Source: an uncultured bacterium
Lineage (GTDB): Bacteria; Omnitrophota; Omnitrophia; Omnitrophales; Aquincolibacteriaceae
DNA length: 64,000 nucleotides
Reading direction: 5' to 3'
NCBI GenBank assembly: GCA_964434115.1
Contig: CAYSSX010000005.1
Location: forward strand, 95,063-159,062
Under the pieces are notes generated by a model. That model had not been told where the DNA came from. It saw nothing but the letters and a program-made list of their open reading frames with translations, and made no database searches. Shown here in pieces: positions 18,079 to 29,300 of the stretch (the stretch's first letter is position 1; every line of letters begins with the position of its first letter). The position numbers and the translations under genes were made by a program.

Positions 18079-20321
18079 GGAAACGCTCTCTCGTTCTAGC
18101 TATGGCCTTGCTTCCGCTGGGAATTCCCTTTGCGCAAGCCTCACAGGCCGGGGACCTGGTAGACTCCTCGCTGGATTCCCTTACCGACTGGCACATCGCC
18201 GGGCAGAACACCACCCGTTATGATCTGTATGATGAGAACGGCTACAAGCCTTCTTCGGTTTACCCCTATGATGCCAGCCAGGTTTACAATGAAACCCGTT
18301 TGTCTTTTGACCGGCAGCTGTCTCAGTATGAGTCCCTGACTTTTTCCTCCGCCGGGCTTCTGAACGGCTCTCAATACCGCAGTTCGGAACAAGGCTGGCT
18401 TTTTGAAGATATTCGCGCAAGCTGGCAAAAGGGAGACGGCTTTGTTCCTTTTCGCGCGGACCTCGGCGATTTCACCGCCAACTTCAGCTACCGCACCATT
18501 CAGCAGAACATCAAAGGAACCCAGATTGAAATTCAGCCGGACCTTAAGATCGGCAATCTGGAACAGCGGCACTCCCTCATCGGGTTTGCCGGCAGTCAGC
18601 AGCAGGATTACCGGGACTATCAGCTGGACCGCAATACTTTCAGCGGCGGCTCATGGCTTGTGGACCTTGCCAAGTACGGCGTCTGGGCCTTTCACTTCGT
18701 GGATAACTTCCGGGAAAAGGACAACACCAACGGCTATTTAAAGGCCCGTCATCAGAACACCATGGGCCTGACCTTTGAGAAAATTTTCAATCTCGCTAAT
18801 CAGAGAATCGGCGTTGAAAGCGAAGTCGACCGCTTCGGCGGGGATTATGATTCCTTCACGGACCCTTCAGGCGTTGAGCAGGACAAATCAGGCATGGGGT
18901 ATTTCTTTAAATTAAACGGCGCGAGCGGAGACCTTTTTGATTACGGCTTCCGTTTTGAAGATTACGCCGATCACTTTCGTCCGAATGGCGGCGTGATCAG
19001 TTCCAACCGGCGCACCGTGGCTTTCAAACTCGGCGGCAATGTCTACAAACAGCTCCGGCTCGACACGCGCTACGAGGCCTTCCGCGACAATCTTTATTCC
19101 TTCAATCACGTGGACACAAGTTCAGGCGGCCTCTCGCTCGCCGGTCCGATTGAAAACAAATACCTCCGCGATCTGAACATTTATCTGGATGTTTTTCGCG
19201 AGAGCATCGACAGCGAAGACCGCTTTTATAATGTACGCACCTGGTCCTACGTGGGGCATATTAATTCCGCGATTTACAAACAGTGGAACGGCCACATTGG
19301 CGGCAATTTCCGGAACGCGGACGATGATGTTTATCAGTACACCTCCATCACGCGCGAATACACGGTGGATGCGGGACACCCCTTCTCTTACAAGGGCGTC
19401 ATGGGAGATGCCCGGGGCGGTATCGTCTACCGGGGCATGGGCGGCCCGAATGAAGGTTTTCAGGTCGGCCCCTTCTCTTCCGTTTCGGCCACAAAAAACC
19501 GCCACAGCGTCAACCTCAACACCAAGCTTCTTGTGGATGACAGCCGCTCCGAGTTCGGGCAGGACGTTTCTTCTTTCAGTTTCAGCGGCGGCTATTCTTA
19601 CACTTACGGTCCGCACCGCTTGGCTTTTGACTTCGATATGTTCAACCGGAATCCTTATGAGTACGCGGGCGCAACGGAGGATTACCGGCTTGGTTTTACC
19701 TATACCTTCAGCTTCGACAAACCCGTGGGTACCAACATCCGCGACTTCTCACTCCGGCGCGGCTACAGCGCCCCGGATTCCGTTGTGGAAAGAATCTGGG
19801 CGGAGACAGCCCCCCGGGAAATTCTTTTCCTCGAAGGCACGGCCCCGGGCAAGACCTTGCTGGAGGCAAAAGCTTTTCTGGAATCGCAGGGCCTCAAATC
19901 CTCGACGGCCCAAGGCCAGCTTCTTATCTATGAGGTCCGGATTTTTCACGATGTGGATTGGCGCCAGCGCCTTGTGATTGAGCATGATGGCGAGCACGTG
20001 CTGCACACGGCCGTGCTTTTGGATCTGGATCCGGGTCTGAATCCATCACGTTCTGAAGAAGCTTATGAGCGGGTGCGCGGGTTCCTGCTTAAGCGCTACG
20101 CGAACCCGTCGACGGAAATCCGCGAAGGCGAATTTGGCCCGGATTATTCGAGCCTGATTAATTCCGGGCGTCTTGTCCGTGTTACGGAATGGACCACTCC
20201 GGCTGGCAAACTCCGCTTCGGTCTTCCTCATCGTTTTGGCCAGGCTGCCCGCATGGAAATTCATTACGCTCCGGAATTGCCCGAACCCCGCGAATCGCGC
20301 TGGGGTCTTGAAGCTGTTTAA
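18075..20321 (+). CDS. outer-membrane beta-barrel protein (porin-like, 748 aa), hypothetical
   Basis: A signal peptide (ALLPLGIPFAQA) is present. The body is Gly/Tyr/Asn/Asp-rich with alternating amphipathic beta-strand character throughout. The C-terminal aromatic-rich segment is typical of OMPs. Confidence 0.6.
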   Translation: MRKRSLVLAMALLPLGIPFAQASQAGDLVDSSLDSLTDWHIAGQNTTRYDLYDENGYKPSSVYPYDASQVYNETRLSFDRQLSQYESLTFSSAGLLNGSQYRSSEQGWLFEDIRASWQKGDGFVPFRADLGDFTANFSYRTIQQNIKGTQIEIQPDLKIGNLEQRHSLIGFAGSQQQDYRDYQLDRNTFSGGSWLVDLAKYGVWAFHFVDNFREKDNTNGYLKARHQNTMGLTFEKIFNLANQRIGVESEVDRFGGDYDSFTDPSGVEQDKSGMGYFFKLNGASGDLFDYGFRFEDYADHFRPNGGVISSNRRTVAFKLGGNVYKQLRLDTRYEAFRDNLYSFNHVDTSSGGLSLAGPIENKYLRDLNIYLDVFRESIDSEDRFYNVRTWSYVGHINSAIYKQWNGHIGGNFRNADDDVYQYTSITREYTVDAGHPFSYKGVMGDARGGIVYRGMGGPNEGFQVGPFSSVSATKNRHSVNLNTKLLVDDSRSEFGQDVSSFSFSGGYSYTYGPHRLAFDFDMFNRNPYEYAGATEDYRLGFTYTFSFDKPVGTNIRDFSLRRGYSAPDSVVERIWAETAPREILFLEGTAPGKTLLEAKAFLESQGLKSSTAQGQLLIYEVRIFHDVDWRQRLVIEHDGEHVLHTAVLLDLDPGLNPSRSEEAYERVRGFLLKRYANPSTEIREGEFGPDYSSLINSGRLVRVTEWTTPAGKLRFGLPHRFGQAARMEIHYAPELPEPRESRWGLEAV

Positions 20322-20332
20322 GGGCTTGGTAA

Positions 20333-23300
20333 TTACGCGGAAGCGGCAAAGGCGAACTGGTTGAGGTAGCTCGCCGCAAGATCTGCAAGAAAAGGTTTCA
20401 CCTCGTAAAACACTCCCCGCTTTTCAATCCCGCTTTGAAAGAGAATCTGATCCGGATCATAAGACAGCGCCACGGCAAATGTTCCCGGACGGTCTTCTGA
20501 AACTGCAAAAAAACGGATCGTCTCCAGCGCGCTGGCGCTGAAGGAAGTCAAATCCCGGTCCCTTCTTGCAAAGGCCACAATCCCGTTTTCCCGGAATTGC
20601 GGGCCCAGTGACCGGAAAACGTCTTCTCCCCCGGCCTGCGTCCAGACAACATTCGGGAAGGATTTAAAAAGATCCTTAAGCGCGAGCACGCGTTCGTGTT
20701 CGGGCATAACATTGTGAATCACAAACCGGACATCACTGCGCTGGCTCACCGTAATCGCCGCTTCACGGACCTCTTCCGTTGTAAATGTCACGAGGTCACG
20801 GAAATCAATCATGGCCGCGCCCGGTTTTTTCACCGGTTTATAAAAACTTTCCAGGGAATTGTCCTGAAACCTCAGTTCGGACCGCGCCGGGAGAAAAGGC
20901 GCGATCCGGGGGTCATCAACAATAGAACTCAGCGTCGGTTTCGCCCTTCCCTTGGGCCACCCGAATTTCATGCCCAGCTGGTTAGGACTTGTGATCCCTC
21001 CGCCGGCCAGAGCGCGGTAGCGCGCCGCAAACTCCGGCGCTATTCCAAGACCCCAGAGAACTTCCGAAATCGAAAAAACTTTTTCCTGAAGGTACGCGTG
21101 ATTCTGAAAGGCTTTATTCTTCAGCCCGTTCAGATTCGTCCATCCGGCCGCATCCAGCCACGCGAGAATTTCCTGCTTTTTTCCTTCCGGATTTTTTGCA
21201 TCCAGAACTTTTAGAAGACCGCCTGCCGGAATTTCGATTTTTGAAAAATCAACCTTTGCGGACTGCGCCATTCTTTTATAAGCCGGCGTTGTCACGCCTA
21301 GGCCTTCGGCCGCGTAATCAAGATGCCCAAGATGCGCGGCATAAGACTCCTCAATTTTCTTCTTCGCCTCTTCCTGAATGCCCAGAAGTTTGACCAGTTC
21401 ATCGTAACCGCGCGTCACCACCCAGGAAACTTCCGGATGCGCATCTGTAAATTTCTTCAAATTCCAGGCATATGTTTCTTCAAGCTCCTGAAGGACTTCT
21501 TCCTTCGTCATCGCAAGCGCTTTCAAAAGGTCAAAGGCCGAAGCTGTCTCAGGCTGTTTCTTTTTAAATTGCGCCAGCTCCTTCAGGATCCGTTCAATGT
21601 TCGCTTTGGCGGAGGGCGTGTCGAAACCAAAGGATTCTCCGACGCGAATCATAAGACCGCCGTATTTCGCTTTTCGATCCGACGCCTCATAAAGAAAATC
21701 CTCCGCGAGGTTAAGCCCCCACAGCAGCCGCGCGTAAGAGAAGCCCGGGCTTTTGAGAAATTGAAACCCCGGCTTCGCGGCAAGAAATTTTCTGAACTCC
21801 ACAAGATTGAAGGTTGTCCCGTTCTTTTCTTCGGCAAAGACCGCATAGAGTTCCTTGCGGATCGTTTGCGCGGGTTTCTGCCCGGTTTTTTCAAGCCTTT
21901 GAAGCAGGGTGCCCGGAGGAATTTCTATTTTTTCGAAATCAATCCCAAGGCTGGCCGTTTGATGATCATAGGTCTTTGGCGGAAGCCCCATCAAGCGGGC
22001 AGCTTCCCTTTTTCTTCCCACGGACTGCTGATAAGCCTGAATATAGGGGGACCTGATTTTATTCGCCCCTTCCTCGAGGCGTTTACCGCGCGCCTGGGCC
22101 GCCATCCGCACCGAGACATCCAGGGACCTAAGCGCTTCGGCATTCCACGCATTCAACAGACGAAAGGTCTTCATGTCTTTCTTAAGGATCCATGCCGCGA
22201 TCAAATACTCTGACGCCTGATCAAAGAGAATTCCGAGATCGCGGTAAACCGACTGCGCGGTTGACTCGCCCATTTCCCTCCGGAGAATTTCCCGGATATT
22301 TTCAAAATCAAGAATCATGCTCTCAAGGAGTTCCATTTTCCTTATTTTCTTCTGCGCCTCGCTGCCGGACCCGGGCATCTTCTCAGTGCCGTGCAAACGG
22401 TCAAGGTCACGGTAGATGTCTGCGGGGGCCGCCCATTCCTTTGCCCTCAGTTCAGAACGGAACGAAGGGTGATACTTTTGAATCTTCAAATCCTGAAATC
22501 CTTCGCCCATGACATCCACGCCCACAAGGACAAGTCCCGGGTTTTCAATTGCTGACCTTTTAAGCTTCAAGATCACGGATTGTCTTTCAGGTTCTTGCAT
22601 CCACGCCCACACATTGTTAAAACTGATAATCCCCGCTCCGGAAAATAATTTCTGCAGTTCTGCGGACTCGGCATTTCCTGTCACGACACGGATGGCGGCC
22701 GAAAAATCCTGCGGGCGGGCTTGCGATGCTTGCATCAGTTCAAAAGCAGAACGCATCACCTCTGCCGGGGCACCCCGGCTTGCGGCAACAACATCAAGGA
22801 TATCCAGTCCTCCGCCCGAAACCTTGCTCCTGGACCTTTGGGCCATTTCCTCAAATTTTTCATAGCCCACAATTTCATAGGTCAGATCACTGTAGCCGGG
22901 TACCCTCTTTATTCTTTGGAGAATCCAGGCCCAGAAGAAAAGCTCCTGCCCAAAAGACGGCCCCATCACAACCACAGCAAGATGCTTTGTCTTGAGCGCA
23001 TCAATCTGCCGGAGGACGAGGTTGAGGTACCAGGACTCATGCGACATGAACCGGTTTGCCAGCTCAGAGTAGGCGTTGAATTTCTTATAAGCAGCCCCTA
23101 GATCCTGCCGGCGGGTATAGCGGAACATCGCGAGCAGAAGCTCGTCTCCGCGAAGCAGGTCCGAAACCACTCCTGTGAAGCTTCCCCGGTATTGATCCCG
23201 GAAAAGACGCGTCACCGAAAAATGCGTCATAAAATCGAAAAATTCTTCGCCGCTGACTTTTCCTCCCGCGGCTTTTTCAAGAACCTTATAAATCGCAGAA

Positions 23301-26300
23301 AAGTCCTTCATATATGAACCGATATGATCCTCAAAAAGAAGCACCTCGGGAATTCCCGGTTTTCGCCACTCCTCCGCGGCCCGCAAGTCCCACTCGCTCT
23401 CAGCCCTAAGCTCGGCCCGCTGCCCCGGCTCAGCGGCAGCCGCCGATTTTTTCAGAAGTACTTTCCAGCCGATCAAAAAAGGCGTCTGCTCCGGCTGAGG
23501 GACTTCAAAACGCTCTAATTCTAAAACCGTGAAGCCGTGGGTCTCGAAAAGGGTTTTTAATTTTTCTTTCTCCGGATCTCCGAAAGCAGCCGCGTGTTCG
23601 AGGTAATATTTAAAAAGGCTTATATGGCTGCTGATGTCGCCGCGCATCTCTTCAAGGGCGGGAATGGCTTTTTCTCCAGCAATCAAGATCAGTTCCATCT
23701 GATCGATGACCTCCTGAACGGTATCGGTCTCCTTTCCGCTTGCGCTGCGAACAGTTTCTTGAAGCGCGCTATGAGCCGCGAGAACCCTTTCAGAAGTCTC
23801 AGGACCCGGGTCCAGGGTATAGTCCAGAAGGGCTTGAACAACCCCCGATTTCTGAATTTCCTCCATCTCCCACAGCCTTTCGCGGACGGATTCCGCGATA
23901 ATGGAGCCGCTGTGGTGAATCACCAGGGCCGCGGGCGCGCCCGGCTTCAAAACCTTATTAAGGGCTTCAAGGGCACGGCCGGGATCCTGCACATACTCCA
24001 GTCCATAAGAGGCTGTTGCGGCATCAAAAAACTCCGGCGGGAAAGCTTCTGCAGTATTTTCAATTCGGGTCTGATGAAAATAAATTCCCTGTCCGGCGGG
24101 AATGAAGGAAGGATCCAGAGGAGCGCTGTCCACTCCATGAAATTCGGCTGAGCTCCCGGAAATTTTCAGGGCCTCGGCGGCTCCGATCCTGGGAACAAAC
24201 AGGCGGCCCGTGCCGAGATCCAGAAACTTTGAACCCGGTTTGTTCTGAAGCACACCGGAAAAAAATTCTCCGAAAAACTTTTCAACCGCGGCCCTTTCCT
24301 CTTCAAAGCCTTCCCCAAGAATTGAAATCTGCCCTTCTTCGCGCCACTGCTCAGGCCAGACATTTCCGGACTCACTCTCGGTGCTCCTCAATTCTGAGCG
24401 GTGATTTTTTTTGAAATAGTCTTTGGCCGGTGCTTTGGCAGTCTCGTCCGAGCCCGGTGCGGAAACCCGGTTTTGGATCGCCGTCAGGATGAAGGATTCT
24501 ACGTCCTGGATTTCAACCGGCGAAATCAAAGAGCGGACCCGGACCTCGTCGCTTGCCGCATCTTTCCACATCAAAGCTTGCCAGCCCTTATGAACAGCGG
24601 ACTCAATACCAAACCAGTCGTGGAGATTCGTATCCAGATTCTCAAGCGTTGTCCTTAAAATCACGGGTTGAGCCCCACCTAAAACATCAAGCTGCAGGGC
24701 AAACGCCCCTTCATGGGGCCGCAGGTGAACAGCGCGAATAGTTTTAAGATCCGGAATCTCAGGTTGTGAAATACCGCTGTCTTCAGGGATCTCAAGTTTA
24801 AAGATGAGTTTTTTCAAAGACGGCGAGAACGGCTGGCTGATGGCGACCAGGTTGTAGCCCTCGTCTTTCAAAAGCAGCTGCGTGTGCAAATCCTGTTCAT
24901 CCACAGGAATCACAATTGAAGTGAGGCTGTCCTCTTCCGCAATTTCTCGAAGCTGCTGGAGCAAACGTCTGTCAACACCCCGAAAGTTCAACGCTGGAAG
25001 AATTCCCATACGCTCCACCATAAGACGCTGTCCTATCTGGTGATAAGCCAAATAGCCAGCGGAATTATGTTCATGTTCCGCGGTCAAAACACGGCCCTGT
25101 TCATTTTGCACAAAATCAAGAAATGCACTGAACGTCCAGGGCTCTTTCCGATCCACGCGCGCTGTTTCAATTTTGGATTCGAACAGATGAAAATCTTCGA
25201 CCTTATGATCCCGGACAGTGACTTCAAGCTGGCTGTAATCCCCGCCTTTGAGGCGAAGCCCGAGAAGGCCAGCAACTGCTTCAACTTTTTCCGCAGGGAG
25301 TCCAGAAGTTTTTGAAAATGCAAAGGCCGTCAAAGGCAGCTCGCGCCCTGATCCTTCAGGGAGAAGTTCCAGCATTCTCTCCTTTAGTTTTTGCTCGCGG
25401 ATGGGCATGAGAATGTGATCGGCATCGTAGGCCGGAATTTCCGGATAACGTGCAACCGCTTCGGCTGTCACCAGCTTTTCAAGCGGCTGCCGGAGAGCCC
25501 AGGCATGCATCTGATTACGCGGGTCCCTGACCCTGTCATGGCGGGCGGTTTCTTCAAAATCGATTTCTTCCGGATCTTGCCGGTATTCGAAAAGATACGC
25601 ATCCTCCCCTGTGTCTTCGAAATAGTCCCGGCTGACTTGCACAGCCGAAAAACCCTGAGAGCGCCAGAAAATCTGGGCGCGCAAATCGCTTTCACGGACG
25701 ACCACGCGCAGCCAATTACGCTGCTGGGCGGAAAGCTTTCCTTTTAACTTCTCAACCATTTCATGCCCAATTTTCCGGCCGCGGGTTTCCGGCTCTACTG
25801 CAAAATTTAAAATCTCGAGGCCCTTGCGATGAAGTGAATAGACCATGAACCCCTTCACAAAGTCGCCAATCTCCGCGACCATTCCGATGACGTTGCGCTG
25901 CCGAAGGGCCCGAAGAAAATCTTCGTCCGTCCAGGGCATCGAGAAACTTTTCCCTTCAATGTCAAGGACCTCAGGCATGTCCCGCCGGATCATCCAGCGG
26001 ATATGAAGCCCCTTAACGGGATCACGGCTGACATAAGGTCCTTCTTCTGGGAGTGTCCGGCTGGGAGCCGCGGGTTTCTCTGTCACAAGTGAAACTCCGT
26101 AATAGGCGAGTATCTTTTCAGCCTCTTTCGGGTTTAAACCAAATTCCTCGGCCTGGCTGATAAATGCCGTCATAGTTACCGGGGTGCGCTCCAGGCTTTG
26201 AGCCCATCGGCGGAAGTGTTTTTCACCTTCGGGAATTTTACGGATTGTTTTCTCCAGCAAGTAAAGGCTTTTACCGTCCTTCAACTCATACTCATCCAAA

Positions 26301-29300
26301 AACTTAAATCCGGCACGGGTACGAAAATTTCTTCCGCCGTCCGCGAAGTCTTCAACGGGAAGTTCCCACAACATCCGGTTAGGAGAAGCTGTTTTCGCTG
26401 CGTCTTGATCTTGAAGGTGTTCAGTGAACCGCCGAAGCATGGCGCCGGGAACAGTTCGCGCCGAAAAGGCGGCATCCAGAATCTCATACGTTTCTCCGCT
26501 TTCAGAATAAGCCAAATATCCGGTCAGCCGGCCGTAAGAACGAGCTTCCAGAATTTTTCCTCCACGATTCAGAAAATCCCTGAAGGCCTCACGGGTCCAT
26601 TCAAACCGCGATTGCTCTTTCGCAAAACTTGCAAGATCTTCGACTGAAGAGAGATCCGCCGCGCGAATCCGGGTTTTATAAGCTGGCTGTTTCACTGTTT
26701 TCGAGTCTCTCGTCCACGGGCTGACTTCCTTGCGCTTAAGGCTTTCCAGAACGCCTTTCGGGCTCGCGGCCATCTTGAGCTCCCGCTGCTCTTCCATGTA
26801 CTTTTTCATTTCACGGAGTTTGCGAAGAAATCTTGCGGCCTGTTCCTTGGATTGAAGCAGGTTCGCATCGATTTCCGGATGCCAAAAAACAAATTCGGTC
26901 ACAGACTTTTTCTGCCAGCTTTCATCCTGCTCCGAAAGCGAAACAAACCCTGCTTTCTTGAAAAACTCGCTCACGGGTTCGTTTTGCACGGGCACGTCTG
27001 CGGAAACAAATGAAAGGTTTTCCTTGTTCATGATCCACTTAATATGTTCCAGCATCTGGCTGCCGATGTAAGAGAAGCGGTGCGCGGGATCGACGGCCAT
27101 TTTCTGAATGTCGATGCGCTCTTCAAAAATCTGATACACGATATAACCCACCACACGGCCTTCTTCATCCACAGCCACAGTTTTAAAACGGTTAAAGCCT
27201 TCTTCCACTTCATCCATGAGTCCCCCGCCGGAGTCCTCGCGAGTCTCATCTTCTTTGGGTTTTTCCTGAAATCCCCAAGGCGACCAGCGGTCAGGAACCC
27301 GAAAGGCTGCGCTTTCAATCCGCATCACATCATCAAGGTCTTCATCGTTCATATCCCGTATCAAAAGGGCCTCGGCCGGATAACCGCCGCGCGGCTTGAG
27401 ATTATGCTCTCCGAGAATGCGCCGGACCATCAGAGCACTGAGCCCGGGATATTTTCCCCGGATGTCTTCAAAATTAAGGGAAAGCTCTGCTCCGGGCGTC
27501 TGGCGCAAAGCCCAGGCCCGAAGAAAAGTCATGGGTGATGGAACATACTCTTCGGGAATTTCTCCGCCTTCTTCAGGACGCCCGCCCCAAAGCGGTGAGT
27601 AATAATCGAGTGTGTAAAAATCTTTCTTTCCAGAAGACCTCGATTTTTGGACATGCTGATGCTTGGACTTTCCGAAATACTTTAAATCGCGGAAAGCAGC
27701 TTCGAGAGTCAGCACTTCTTTGCCGTCGTCACGGAGTTTTTTCTGGGCCATGCGCCAAAGCACCCGCAAGAGCATTCGCGGGCCTTGGGCAGGATCAACA
27801 GCATATTTCAAGACTTGCATGCCGGACTCTGTAGGCTGATACACAAGATAGGCTGCGATGGAACCGTTTCTAAGCGCAACGATCGCCCGCGCCCCGTAGG
27901 CCGTCTCCAGATGTTCCCAAAACGTTTCGCCCCAGGGATTTTTCAGGCGTGCATCAAAATCAAAAAACGTTTTCAACTGTCCTTCAGGAAGTTCCCGGAT
28001 CTCATAATTCTGTCCCCGGGCTGTCACGGCATGCGTTCTCGTGACCTCATAATTTTCATGCGTGCCTTGATTGGCCCAGTAAGGCCATGTTTTGCCGCCG
28101 TCCAGGGAGTACTGAAAAGTCAGTGTTCCGGAAAAATCACTTGGCAGCGTTACGCCAACCCTATATGTGCCGTTTTCAAAATTGTCGTACAGCGTCATCT
28201 CAAGGTCATTTTTCCACTCCACGTCTTTTTCGGTTTTGTAATGAACACGGGCCTTAATCCATTTCTCAGGATTTTCGAGAATGCGGTCGGTGTGGATATT
28301 GAAATAAAACGCCACCGGGGTCTTGTCTGTGGCTTCGATTTTCCGGCCTTGAACTTCCTGCGCTCCGGCCATGACGGCAAATTCGCCATACCCCTTCCCT
28401 GCAGGATGAACAGGCCCTTCTTCGAGCGGGGCCCTCAATTCGCTGCGGCCCTTATCCTGATCTCTGGGATCAAGAGACCGGAATTTCGTCACAAGCAATT
28501 TGGGAGAATCAGCAGGAGACTGCCCGGTAATTTGGTTGTACGTCTGCGCGGTTGAAACCCCTGAAATGCTATGGACGGGCTGCTGCCGCGAATAAGGGGG
28601 AACTGTTTTCGTCAAAGCGCCTCGATCATGGACGGTGATCATCACGACGTCCTGATCCCCAGAGGGCAGGGAGCCGAGACCGATTTCAACATCAAATGTT
28701 TTTTCCGGATACGCAAAGGCCAGATAATCCGCCGCCGCCTCAAGAGCTTCGTCCGCACCCTCTTCTGTTTTTACATAATAGATTTCATCTGCCTTCACAT
28801 CCGGATGCGCACGGACAGCGATGGCTCCGGCAGGACCCGGCGTGTGCACGGTGGTTAAATTCATACCCTGTGTTCCCTGCTGAAGAAAACGCGTGACCAT
28901 GATCGGTTTCCGGGGATCAGGCTGAGAGCCCTCAATCAGCGACCGCGCTTTTGAGAGAGTCTCTTCCCGCCCAAGGTTCTCTACAGGGGAAACTTCCGGA
29001 TAAGGGACATACTGTTCCAGGGAATGCTCCATGCCCCGCAGTTCGCTGCGGACCCCGTGCTCGCCGTTCAAAGGAAGAACATGGGTTTCTTTGAATTCGC
29101 GGAAAACATCCGCCCCGCCGGACGTGATGAAGGAATTTTCCAGCACCTCCTGCACTAAACGGAATCCATCGCGGACCTGCGCGAGATAGCCTTCCGGTTC
29201 ACGTCTGTACATGGCATGTTCAAGGCCCATCAAGTAACGCTGCCACGCGTGGTCAATCACATTCAGCTGGCGCTCGCGGGTCCATAGTCTCTCCTGCTTT

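Noticed and set aside
21323-22213. Long plus-strand ORFs inside the giant-gene span (for example 21323..22213, 27785..28555, 35252..35893, 23594..24151)
   Set aside because: All lie antisense to one continuous 18.5 kb minus-strand frame that carries multiple recognisable domain signatures. The plus-strand ORFs have Arg/Pro/Gly-rich, low-complexity translations typical of antisense frames in GC-rich coding DNA.
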